Assembly: GCA_965644295.1 (NCBI GenBank)
Contig: CBFFRP010000210.1
Location: 62,001-126,000 of the forward strand
DNA: 64,000 nt
Origin: Paraphysomonas bandaiensis
Taxonomy: Eukaryota > Protista > Chrysophyceae
Reading direction: 5' to 3'
The notes below the pieces were generated by a model. It saw only the letters and a list, made by a program, of their open reading frames with translations. It was not told where the DNA came from and did not search any database. A program made the translations under genes and the position numbers. This document shows positions 1-11,187 of this stretch, piece after piece. Position 1 is the stretch's first letter. Each line of letters begins with the position of its first letter.

Positions 1-985
1 GCAATCGAAGTACTCTCGGACGCTTCCATGGCTGACTACGTTTCGGGTGTGTTCGCGGAAGTAACCGAGGCGGTCTTTTGTGCTGCGTGATATAACGGCG
101 GCCACGATCTTGTAACATTAGCTTCGCTGCGGCGTAAAGCGGGTGCAGTAAATCTATGACCGCTGTTTCTAGGTTTCGTAGACTGTGTGCCGTCAGGCGG
201 TTGTGTATGTGGTCCCCAAAGACTGTTTCGAGTTGGGCTGTTGTGATAGTTCCTGTCCAGTATCTCTCCACCTGCGGGGTGGATGGATCCCAGGCCCTTT
301 TGGAGAGTCTCTGTAGTGCAGTTGTCATCCAGTTGAGTAGGGTCTGGTCTCTTTGGATTGCATGGAGAGCATTTTTGTGCATTTGAAATGCGGTTTCTCT
401 TAGCTGGGTGATGGTCTCGTGTGTGCAGTCGAGGCACATGTGCTTAAGAGAGTCCAGCCGAAAGCCACAGTCAGAGCATGCAGCTTTGCTCAAGTCAAGG
501 CCTTGTTTGGTTTTGGCCCGGTTACGTCCTATACAAAAGGATTTGTCCCACGTCAGCGCCGTGTTGAGTATTCTTTGTCTTAAGTGCGAGCTGTCTTTAT
601 CTTTGGACGTTCCTCCATCCGCTTGTGCCAGTTTACGTGGGAGGAGCGCTCCACTGGCAGTCCAGAAGCCGGGTGCTCGGTCCTGGTTGTGTCCATAGCA
701 ATGGTCTCTGTTGGCGGTGTAGTTCTAGAGTGTCCGTTGGTTGCAGAGGGCGTGGAAGTCAGTAAGGAGTGGGCTTGTGTGGTGTGGCCTTCGGACTCCG
801 GGCAAGCGCCAGTGCCATAATCCAGCTGTTAGTAAGCGTTCAATGGCTGTGTCTACTGCCATTGTATAGACAGTGTAATTCTGTTTACCAAGTAGGCGGT
901 CAACTTCGTGCCAGTCATCACCTGCAACTGCATCTGCTATGTAGGTGCCCTTGTCCTCGAATGTCCACTCCGATTCTTCCGTGGT
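1..985 (-). mobile_element. Decayed non-LTR retrotransposon (LINE) ORF2 3' remnant: end of RNase H plus CCHC zinc knuckle
   Basis: One minus-strand frame reads ...EWTFEDKGTYIADAVA (RNase H GNxxADxxA-like), then an in-frame TAG at 725-727, then ...WDKSFCIGRNRAK...CSDCGFRLDSLKHMCLDC (CX2CX8HX4C). It runs off the window start, so the ORF track shows only part of it. Confidence 0.7.
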
Positions 986-1004
986 ACGTCTATATATGCC
1001 GTAT

Positions 1005-1202
1005 TTACTTAAATGCATAACATACTTGTTTTCTCCTCTGCATGACCTCGTACTTATCCTCCATGTCGCCCTTGAATCTAAACCTATACTGCCCCACACA
1101 ATACTTTATCCCGCGGCAGCATAGACTTATGTCTCCCTGTTGTATACCGAGAGCAGTGGAGATGGCAATGCCACTGGGGTAGGACTGCAGCACATTTCCC
1201 TC
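1005..1202 (-). pseudogene. Exon fragment encoding a NUMOD1-like helix-turn-helix DNA-binding motif, abutting the LINE remnant
   Basis: VLQSYPSGIAISTALGIQQGDISLCCRGIKYCVGQYRFRF resembles NUMOD1 (xxSxxxAaxxlgixxxxIxxcCxG...gyxfrf). An AG acceptor precedes it near 1203. Confidence 0.5.
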
Positions 1203-1414
1203 TGCTCACATACATATATAAGATTCACACATAACACACATTAGTAACGCAAATGCACATACACACAGCATGAGGCGAGCCCCCTGCCCCATTCTGAGCG
1301 CGTACTTAGGTAGATCCGGGTGGGGTCCGGGTGGGTACCTAACTAATACTTGATTTAAGTCCCATACGTTATTTGCTAGCTACCTACTGAACCCAACTAG
1401 CTACATCATTATCA

Positions 1415-1617
1415 CATGGAGACGTTTTTTGACAAAGTGGACCAGCCCTCCACTTGTCGGCTTGTCGGACTGTATTTGGTCCCACTCGAAATAAAAAAAT
1501 TGTACTCATTTTGACTACAATTTCAAAGCTCTACACCCACATTCCATACGAAAAAACACAATACAAAAAAATAAAGTGGGACCAGACTGGTCCGCTTTGT
1601 CGAAAAAAGTCTCCATG
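1415..1617. mobile_element. MITE family A, copy 1 (about 31-bp TIRs CATGGAGAC...GTCTCCATG)
   Basis: CATGGAGACGTTTTTTGACAAAGTGGACCAG at the left end is the near-perfect reverse complement of CTGGTCCGCTTTGTCGAAAAAAGTCTCCATG at the right end. A second copy lies at 55915-56098. No clear TSD. Confidence 0.85.
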
Positions 1618-1959
1618 GTATTCAGCGCTGAATATGCAGTGAGAACCCCGACCTGAGCCACATGTTCTGATATTCTGCTCCATAGTGGTTTGAGGTTTTT
1701 CAAAAAAATAACCTTTTTGTTCGAAAACTTACTATTTTTATACCTATAAAAGTGGTATTTTTATAAAAACATTCCTTGTTTTCTCGTAATCGTATCATTC
1801 TAAGATAGCATGACGTTCATAGCATACATTAACGAGCTCATCCAGCTTGCTATCGATATCTAACAATAAAAATCCATTAATCACATCAGGATAATAATTC
1901 CAGACTATCATAATCATCATTAATCTATATATAAATACGTTTTATTGGATGTATATGGC

Positions 1960-4900
1960 ATGATGATACTCACACCACTGTACACACCTCTGATCGCACT
2001 ATGCATCACAATAGCAGCCTCAGAAGAGATATATTTGGATTCATTAAATAGTCAAACAGGATTTTCAATGGAAAATTCTATCAAATATCAAAATGAGAAT
2101 ACAGGAGACTCTGTTTCTATGGCTGGTGATGTTAATGGGGATGGATATGATGATGTCTTAGTTGGATCACCGCAATGTTTTACCAGTTCATACTGTTATA
2201 GCTCAGGGAGGGCGTATCTAATTTGGGGCAGTCCTGGTGGATACTCGGATCTGGATTTATCCAATTTACAAAGCAATCAAGGGATAACAATATCGGGTGC
2301 CACTTTTGGGGACTCACTAGGCGATTCTGTTGGTGGTGGTGGGGACATCAACAATGATGGATTTGATGATATTATTGTTGGCACTTCGGTTGGCCTAGTT
2401 TATGTCATATACGGTAATCATAACCTGCAAGATATCGATGTAGGCACTGCATTTGATGGGTTTGTTCTCACTGCTCCATCAAGTACTGTGGCAGTTGCCA
2501 ATGCTGGAGACGTAAATGGAGATGGATTTGATGATGTTTTGGTTGGGGTGCCATACGCGGACGTGTCTGTGAGTAATGCTGGCGCTGCGTATGTTCTGTT
2601 CGGGCGCGCATCCAACAGTGACATGATCTTGGAAAACATGGAGACCGCCGATGGGCTTGCGATATATGGCGCAAGCTCTGGTGACAGCGCCGGATATTCA
2701 GTAAGTGCTGCCGGTGACGTCAACGCAGATGGATACGGTGACATTGTGATTGGCGCTGTCAAAGCAGGTGACTCAATGGACTATGTTGGATACGCCTATG
2801 TCGTGTTCGGCATGCCTCCACAAAACGTGGAGAATGTGTATCTAGCACAGCTTACCATGCCTGTGGGGTACACCATATATGGAGACGAAAGTGAAAGCAA
2901 CTGGTGTGGCTATAACGTCAATTCTGCGGGGGATATAAATGGTGATGGTTTTTCTGACGTGATGGTGAATTGTTGGGGTGGAGCTGAAGTGTTCGTTTTC
3001 TACGGGAAATCGTCCGGCTTTGGAGACGTATATTTAACCAATGTACCAGCTGAAGTTGGGTTCAAAATATACTACGATTACTATGTCGAAACTGTATCCG
3101 GGGGGGGTGCTGACGTTAACAATGACGGGTTCAGTGATATGATTGTCAGTGTTCCTATGGATGATGGAGGCGAAAATAATGCAGGCACCACGTACATTGT
3201 ACATGGCAAATCGTCCACGTTTGCAGATGTAGACCTGCAAACCTTACTACTAGGAGATGGTGTCGAAAGCACTATTATCTATGGAGCGTTCGTGAATGAA
3301 AATACGGGAGAGACGGTGAGCAGTGCGGGGGACTTCAATGGTGACTCCTTGGAAGATATTTTGATTGGCGCACCCCGCGCTGATAACGATGTCCCAGAAA
3401 CTGGGATTGCTTATGTAGTTGTTGTAGGACAAACTATGGCGCCCACATCTACGCCTACACCTCCGCCCACTCCTGCTACTGTGAGTGACAAAATCTATGC
3501 GACATTTGCATTGGAAGTGTACAATAAATCTTCAGATAGTAGCACGCTGTGTCAAGCCAATGGCTACGACAGCTCCCTTTGCGCGGGGAACGGGGCAGAA
3601 AATTACCGCCTACCACCAGAGTGGAAGATACTCGCCAGCTCAGAGGACATGCGTATTGGTGATAATGAGGGGTTTGCGGCGAAGGCATACGCACGTAACG
3701 ATGAAACAGCGTTTGTTTTTGCTTATAGGGGAACGGATGGGTTCTGGGATGATCTTTGGAGAGATGATTGTCAGTTGGCCTTGGGAGAAATTCCTTTGCA
3801 ATACGATTATGCCATTCAATTCACTAACGATGTCATTACCTCAAACAATATTACTGCTTCCATGATTGGTGTTACTGGCCACTCATTGGGGGCATTTCTG
3901 GCGCAATTGGTCACTGCTACCTACGGTTACAAGGGTGTTGTGTTCGAGAGCCCCGGTGCGCAGCGGGTGATCGATGGAAATGATGATAACTATACGTTTC
4001 CTTTATCGGCTGCCGAGGCCGCTTCTATTACAACATGTTACAATGCTGGGCCCAACGTCGTGAATGTGGCATCAGGGCAGCACTTGGAGAATGTAATAAG
4101 GACGTACCCTCCTTATACTTTCGCTGATTCGTATAACCTCCAGCAGCACAGAAGCTTGGGCACAATTCTCCTCCTGTTTAATGACGACGGCACCCAGTTC
4201 TTGAGTGCAGACATGACTGACTACTGGGAGCTAGATGGTAAGGAAATCTTCTTAGTGTAATATATATATAAATGTATGCTTTGTATTGGTTTCTCCAGGT
4301 GACGTGTACAACTGGCCGTTCTTTGAGAACAACGGTATGTCTTGCACCGTAGGATTAGAAAATTCAATTGATTACGTCGACAACGTGTTCTTTGAGAACT
4401 ACAATCAGAATCCTTATTACTGGGAAGCGTACTGGGACACTTACATGAAGCCAACGGAGAGCAGGCTCGATATTATTAACAACGACTATGGTGGCATTGC
4501 AAGTGGGGACGAGATAGCGAAGGCAGGGGTAACTATTTATGGGGATACGCACTCGAACACATTTTTTGGTACAACTAACTATGCGGATGCGCTCTATGGA
4601 GGAGTTGGGGACGATTCATATTTTCCCTTTGGAGGTATGGATGTGATTTACGACAGTGGAGGCAGCAACAAGTACACTTTCTATTCCCATAATATGGCAG
4701 GCACGACGGAAATAAACGATCAGGATTTGACGGGGAGTATATACATAGCCAGCATCTACTGCTACTTGGTGAATACGTATCTGGTCACGGGGTCAGCCTC
4801 GCCAGTGACCTATGCTTTTTTCCCTCAATTTGAGAGCGAATGCTACACTGTCAACGACGTAGACCACCCCCTTGCAGACGAAGCACACAGCAGCGACGTT

Positions 4901-5902
4901 GCTCTCTTGTATGTCCAGGACAATGGCGATTTACTAATTTCTTACAACAACAACGAAATTAACGATATATATCGGGACAAGATTCTTATCAAGTCTTTCC
5001 AGTCGGGCAGCAATAGTCTTGGCATCTATTTTGGTAACAAGGGAAATAATACGTATGTCTCTGTCGGCACAGATGCGGCAGAAACTTTCGAATGTAGTTC
5101 GGAACAAGAATCTATTCTAGCAGGTATGGGTGGAGTGGATAAATATGTATTTGGAGCAGATCGAAAGGATTGTAGTGTCGTCAGCAGCAATGGTGGAACT
5201 GAGTCCAATGTCATAGTTGTTGAGCCAGTGTCTTCTTCGGTCGACACTCTGTCGCCCTTTAGCTCCAGAACCAGCACGACCACCACAGTCACGACTTCTT
5301 TCTATGGACTCACAGATTGTGATGTTCTAGATTTGAGCAAGTACGCAATGTCTTCGTATGAAGACCTTAACTACGTGGCGAGCACAGATGGCGCCGAGAG
5401 CTCGTTACTTCTCCTCCCGGATGGCACAGAACTCACGCTCGTCGCCACACAGGTGTTCGTGGCCACTCTAGACGGATATGCGCTGGCCCTTTACAACACC
5501 ACCGCGCATTGCTATACCACCAACTTGACGGCGGAGGGTATCGATGTCGACGAAATGTATGCTGCAATGGACTATTACCGGGACACGAATGCCCCCACTA
5601 TAACACCCACATCACCGGCACACTCGAAGTCTTCTGGTGGAAAAAGTAGTCCCCCAAAAGCGATATTTGTACCATTGTCTGTCGTCGGTGCACTGGTCTT
5701 TGTGGCAGCTGTGATTGTTCTGGGGTGGTACATCCTTGCACACCAAAAAAATGGTTTTAAAAGCTCTTTCACTTCGTCCAATGAAGTAGTCAAAGGCGCC
5801 ATAGAAGTGAGGGAATCAACTGTTACCAATTCACTGCATCAGCCACCTGATGACGAATCCAAAGAAAATGTCAGCATTGCGTGTCCCGTGAATACTGTTT
5901 AA
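1960..5902 (+). CDS. Type I membrane protein: signal peptide, FG-GAP (integrin-alpha-like) beta-propeller, PT linker, alpha/beta-hydrolase lipase (GHSLG), RTX-like Gly/Asp repeats, TM helix
   Basis: Exons 1960-4237 and 4299-5902 join in frame across a GT..AG intron at 4238-4298. Seven GDxNxDGxxD-type repeats, AYRGT, GHSLG, LYGGVGDD/FGGMD motifs, and the TM segment IFVPLSVVGALVFVAAVIVLGWYIL. Confidence 0.9.
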
Positions 5903-6293
5903 TGACCATGATGCATGATGGTTGGTAGTTAGCCGAAGATCGGATGCGCATGAGGGGTTTGTTGTAGAACGTATATATTTGTAGATCATAAATACTCTTA
6001 GTGATTATTATTATACTCAAGTAAGTAAAATTAACATATATATGGGGCTGATTATTCACACGAACTTCTGGCGGGAATGGGAACTCGTGTGATCTGTGAG
6101 CTGGTGTGGCGTTCCCTTGTCTCTTAGTGACGAGGAACTTCCTTTTGATAAATATCTCTAACAATCCAGTTAGACGGAACTGTTGTTGTTGATAGGTAGG
6201 AATGAAGCACACAAAGTTGTCCTGTCGGGCAGTTGTTTTGAGTGTTGTTGGCGTCAAACAACAAGACTTGAAAGTAGTAATCCCAATCGCTTA

Positions 6294-6428
6294 CATCGGT
6301 GGGCTATATTAGGTACCTATAGGTACTAGACAAGTTCCTAATAGGTACTAGGAGATTTAATTAATAAAGTACCTATAGGTCTCCTATAGGTACCTACCTA
6401 TAGGTACTTTTGCTGAGGTCCACCGATG
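6294..6428. mobile_element. Short MITE with CATCGGTGG TIRs, TA flanks and internal TAGGTACCTA palindromes
   Basis: TA|CATCGGTGG ... CCACCGATG|TA; the interior is built from repeated AGGTACCTATAGG motifs. Confidence 0.65.
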
Positions 6429-6491
6429 TAAGTAAAAATGAATTCTCTCTCTATCGGTGAAGACTGTTACAGTAAGGTGTAAGGTTGACTA

Positions 6492-6697
6492 CCTACTGAA
6501 GTTAAGCATCTGGGCTAGTTCACCTTTAGGACAGAGAGCAAAAGTGGTTGCACCGTGGTGCTTGCGGTGACGCTCAAGCAACTTTCGTAGCGTTAAATAG
6601 TAAGATACCAGAGTTAAACATTATTTAGTTAAATTGTTTTGCTACGTTAGTTCTGACTCTTACACGCCCATTTCTAGTAATTAGACAGCCACTACTA
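6492..6697 (+). mobile_element. SINE-like repeat family B, copy 1 (5S rRNA-like segment plus shared 3' tail ending ACTACTA)
   Basis: Aligns by eye with 39715-39905. Its last 90-100 nt also match 44971-45060 and 17601-17700 (minus). Confidence 0.7.
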
Positions 6698-7034
6698 GGT
6701 TGGCTACAAGACCTTAACCCTTAAACAGGGGATACCAAAATGCCCGAAATGCATGGAGGTCACGATTTAGCGAATCAGGCGCATTAAAGTATGCTAAAGC
6801 TGATGTTCGAGACAACAAAAATATATTAGGGTTCGTTGAATTTTTTGCTAATTCATCTAATTCGTGCTAAATATACGTAGTTCGCAGTAGGTGACAATAT
6901 ATTGGAATATATTGTCAGCATATATATAATTAATAATAATAATATTTTAAAGATAATAATCGAACTTCGCAATTAGAACGATTCATTCAACTGGATATAA
7001 CCAAAGTTCGTAGCAGAGAGAGGTAAATGGAGTT

Positions 7035-10000
7035 TGTTGAGATCTGAAGATTCTATATACTTGCAATTGAGTGCAGTATTATGTGAGATGCAAGGATCGA
7101 AAGATATATATGTAATTAGTACATTATATTGTGTAGTATGAAACTGAAGTAGAAGTGGGTGACTATACAGGATACGATCACTGAGTGTGTGGTTTGTAGA
7201 CTATAGTAGTAAATGAATGGTGTTGAACACATCGAACACAACTTAGGTTCTTTATCATGTAATGTTTATAATTTCATCTTATCAGTTGAGAATAGTAAAC
7301 CTTAGCAAATAATGTCAACTTCTGTTATGGTAGCGGATGGTAGTTGTAGGGATGGGGAAGATGACAAGAAGCTACGGTTTGACAAGAACCAAGCAGACTA
7401 TTCAGCGAGAAAAATCAAGATGCATCTAATGAAGAAAAACCGAAACCATCTTGGCTTGGAGGACCCGCCAGCCGGAGGAAGGAATTTAGAGTCATGGAGA
7501 GAGCGTAATGATACCTGTGTTAGTACTATTTGGGAGGCTTGCGAGCATGACCCTGATGTGTTGGAGGTAGCCAATCAATATTTGGAGGGGAAGGCAATTT
7601 TACCTGCTGATGATCCTGCTAAGGAGGTGTTATCCAGTGAGCTCCTTCAGACACTGGTTGATAGGTTCAGAGGCGAGATTGGGACTGTATTGGAGAAGAC
7701 TACGGCAGAATACCATTCGTTCAAAATAAGGCCGGGGGAAAAGGTGTCTGTTGGGGTAGATCGACTGAACGGTATAATCCAGAAGCTCATAAAATTGGGA
7801 CAACCGCAGACAGAGGCAAGTAAATTAGCAAAGATAAAAGCAGCGCTGCAGATAGAGGAATTACATGATTTATGGATGTCGGTAGCGATGATGCCTAAAG
7901 CAACAACTACATTTGATTCGGTGAAAGAGGCTTGTGAAGAGTATGACGAGGCTATGACGCAGCTGAAGAAACTAAAGGGAGACAAGTCTGAAGAGATCAA
8001 TTTTACAGCGTCGAAGGAGCCAGTGGTTTGTTCATTTTGTCGGAAGAAGGGACATGTAGCAGCGAATTGTTATGCTAAGGAACGACAAAGAAAAATGGAC
8101 AAGTTCAAAAGAAAAGGGAAGACAAAGGAAAAGGCTTCGAAGAGTGTGCAGCAGCCAGGATCAAAGGATTATACTGGTTGTCATATCTGTGGAGATTTTA
8201 GTCACAAAGCCCGACAGTGCAAGTCGAAAAAACGGAAGAACATAAAAAACCCGGATAATGAGAATCCTCGAAAATCGAACAGGAAATTCGAGACAGAATG
8301 GAAGAAATACGTCAACGACGGAGAGTCGTCGGATGATGAAGCGAATATGTTTGGAGAAGAGGTTTTGCTATCGGTGGATACGTCGGAAGAACCTCGTGTA
8401 TATCTGGACAGTTGTGCAAGTAAAAGACTGTTTATAGTAAAGGATAAAATTGCACTGGAGTCATTTACTCCTGAGTTTGGGGCAATCCAACTAACTAGAA
8501 AGGGTTCTCAATTGGAGACACAGGGAACTGGTACATTCGGGGAATGGAGAGACATCAGAGTTAGTGAAGAAGCGGTGAAGAACATTGTGTCAGGAGGAAT
8601 GCTGAGATCAATGGGATACGGATTACAACTGCTCCGAAAGCCTAAAATCGTGGAATTGGACTCTGGAAACGAGGTGTTGACTGGAGAGTACGATGAGCAT
8701 GGAGGAATGCCGTATGTGGACTTGATGGAGGTGTTAAATCTGCCAAATGTGTCTATGTGCAATCAGATGGAGGAGGTAAATTTGTCGGATAATACAGGAC
8801 AAGATGCGTTGGATCGCTTACATGAGCGTACTGGACATGTCTCGAAATCGAAGTTAATAGAAGCTCACCGACACATGTTATTCAGAGGATCAGGACTACA
8901 ACGACATCACCTTTCGAAGGCAAAGGAGAAGAGTTGCAAGAAACCCCTGTGTAAATGGTGTGCCAAGGCGAAGATAACCAGGCATTCGTTCAAATCACGG
9001 GACAACGAAGAGCTAAGCGCAGTCAGGTTTCTGGAAAGAGTGACAGCGGACATCTCAGTCTACCTCAATTGTGAATCCAGACAAGGGTATAAGTACGTGC
9101 TCCTATTTACGGACGTGTGGCAACAAAGATGATATGGGAATATGGTTTGAGGACTCGAAGCGGAGAGGAGGTGTTCAAATGTCTACGACACTTGTGCGAG
9201 GTCCACTTAGTGAAGTACGAGGGGTGGAACCGTATAGTGGAGTATCATGCCGATGGAGGATCCGAACTTATTAGTCAGCAGATAAGAGAGTATCTGTTGC
9301 AGCGATATGGGACTCGGGTGTCACATACAACACGAGACACGCCAGAGCTCAACGCGGTGTCTGAGAGGAAATTCCGAACAATTGGGGAGATGACACTGAC
9401 GATATTGACGGCATCCGGACTTCCAAAGTCGTTCTGGTTTGATGCTTATCAAACTGCATGTTACATTGTGCGACGAATGCCAACTCGGACGTGGCAAGGA
9501 TGGATGTCTCCATATGAGTGTGTCCCAGGGGGGAGCGTTCCCAGCCTATCGTGGCTACGGAAATGGGGGTGCAAAGCATATGTGCTAACACCCAAGGCCG
9601 ACAGGAGGAAGGACTGGGAGGACAAAGCAATGACAGGTTATTTCATAGGGTATCCAGCTGATCGAAAAGGATACAAGGTGCTAGTGGGGGACACCGTAGT
9701 ACACTCTGTACATGTATTATTTGATGAATCGGTACCTGAGAGGTCTCAGGATTATTATAGAGAGCTGGAGGAGGCTCAAGTGGCTATAGATCCCGAGGCT
9801 CGTCAACCGGGTGAGTTTGAGTATCTTATCGGAAAGCACCATGAGGATGGTGGTCTGCTATACAAGACTAACAGAGTGGTGATAAGGAAGGGACTTATTG
9901 TGGGATACCGGTCGTTGGTTACTGGTAACCAAGTTCAAGTGGAGGATAAAACTCCTATTCATATTGCTGACATCAAGAAGATGACAGAGGATCTTGCGCA

Positions 10001-10628
10001 GAGGGTGGTTAGGGCCAGAGTTACTGACAACCGTGACGGCGGTATCAGCGGAGTGGTGCCACAGCAGTCGGAAAGTGGGCAGGTGCAGCCCCAGGCTGAC
10101 TCAGCATTACCTTCGGGGGAAGGGACCCCTGCCGAGAATCATCCGCACGGCAAACGCGCAAGAACTCCAAGGACGGTAACGAATGTGTCGGTGTTAGGAC
10201 AAATCCATCATTTGAGTGATGAGAGTGATGTGAGTGACCTTTTACAGGAGGCAGACTCAGTGTGGATGTCAGCGGAAGAGTCGACAGTGCCTCAGACACA
10301 TCGTGAGTCCTTGGAGAGTGCCGAGCACAGGGAGTGGAGACGAGCTCGCCGTGTAGAGCGAGAGGGTTTGGCGAAGCGAGATACCATGGAGGTGACTCGT
10401 ATACCGGACGGAGTCGTCCCACTGCAAGCTATTAACACACGTATGGCAATATATTCGTGGTTCTATTGACAAAGGGGATCACTGAGTGTGTGGTTTGTAG
10501 ACTATAGTAGTAAATGAATGGTGTTGAACACATCGAACACAACTTAGGTTCTTTATCATGTAATGTTTATAATTTCATCTTATCAGTTGAGAATAGTAAA
10601 CCTTAGCAAATAATGTCAACTTCTGTTA
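7035..10628 (+). mobile_element. Ty1/copia LTR retrotransposon, internally deleted (RT core, RNase H, PPT and 5' half of the 3' LTR missing)
   Basis: TSD GAGTT at 7030-7034 and 10629-10633. The 5' LTR is 7035-7327 and starts TGTTG. 7176-7327 is identical to 10477-10628. PBS-like TGGTAGC at 7328. Domain order is gag-PR-IN-RT. Confidence 0.92.
7312..10476 (+). pseudogene. Copia gag-pol: two CCHC knuckles, aspartic protease (LDSCAS), HHCC and DDE integrase, truncated RT
   Basis: CSFCRKKGHVAANC, CHICGDFSHKARQC, YLDSCAS, HERTGH...CKWC, ADGGSE...NAVSER, WGCKAY. Frameshift near 9120 within integrase. RT breaks after about 40 aa, followed by a connection remnant KLLTHVWQYIRGSIDKG in another frame. 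Confidence 0.88.
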
Positions 10629-11187
10629 GAGTTATCGAATGAAGCACCAATACATTGGATGGAAGCCATCCAAAGGGGGGAAATCTACTATAAAAGACTG
10701 CACAGATTGAAATGCTCTACACATCGTGAATACTACCATTCAATTATTTCAAAAATTCATTAAATCATCTTTCATTAAATCCACTATTTAAAGGCACAGT
10801 CAACTTTTTTGTGTATTGGTGGACAACAAGTACAGTAAATTTCATTTGATCACACAGTGAATACTCAAAAGCTTTCATCTTCTTAAAGTTTGAAAAAATG
10901 AATGAAATCAATACATCTCCATTCCGACAGTGTGGCCATAGTGGAGAAACGCTGGTATATACCATATAAGCAAACTATTTTCAAACTTGGGAAAAAATTT
11001 TTCCCAAATATTTTCATTAATGATTTCTAGTTGACTATACATATTTTAAGATGAAAAAAGGATATACAACAGCTTGGATGTTGATAAAAGTAAGGTAATA
11101 TTATCAAGCTGTTTTTAGGTTCTTAACAAGTTTATTACTTTATTGTTATTGTTGCATGCAAAATACAATAGACAATACTCATTAAAC

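Noticed and set aside
2418-5829. Antisense and alternate-frame ORFs over the FG-GAP gene (likewise over the MORN, MFS and ankyrin genes)
   Set aside because: They are shadows of the real coding strand, with no independent motifs.
10470-10477. AAAGGGG as the polypurine tract of a 152-bp LTR
   Set aside because: The TSD shows the real LTR is 293 bp, and this purine run is coding sequence (DKG) at a deletion junction.
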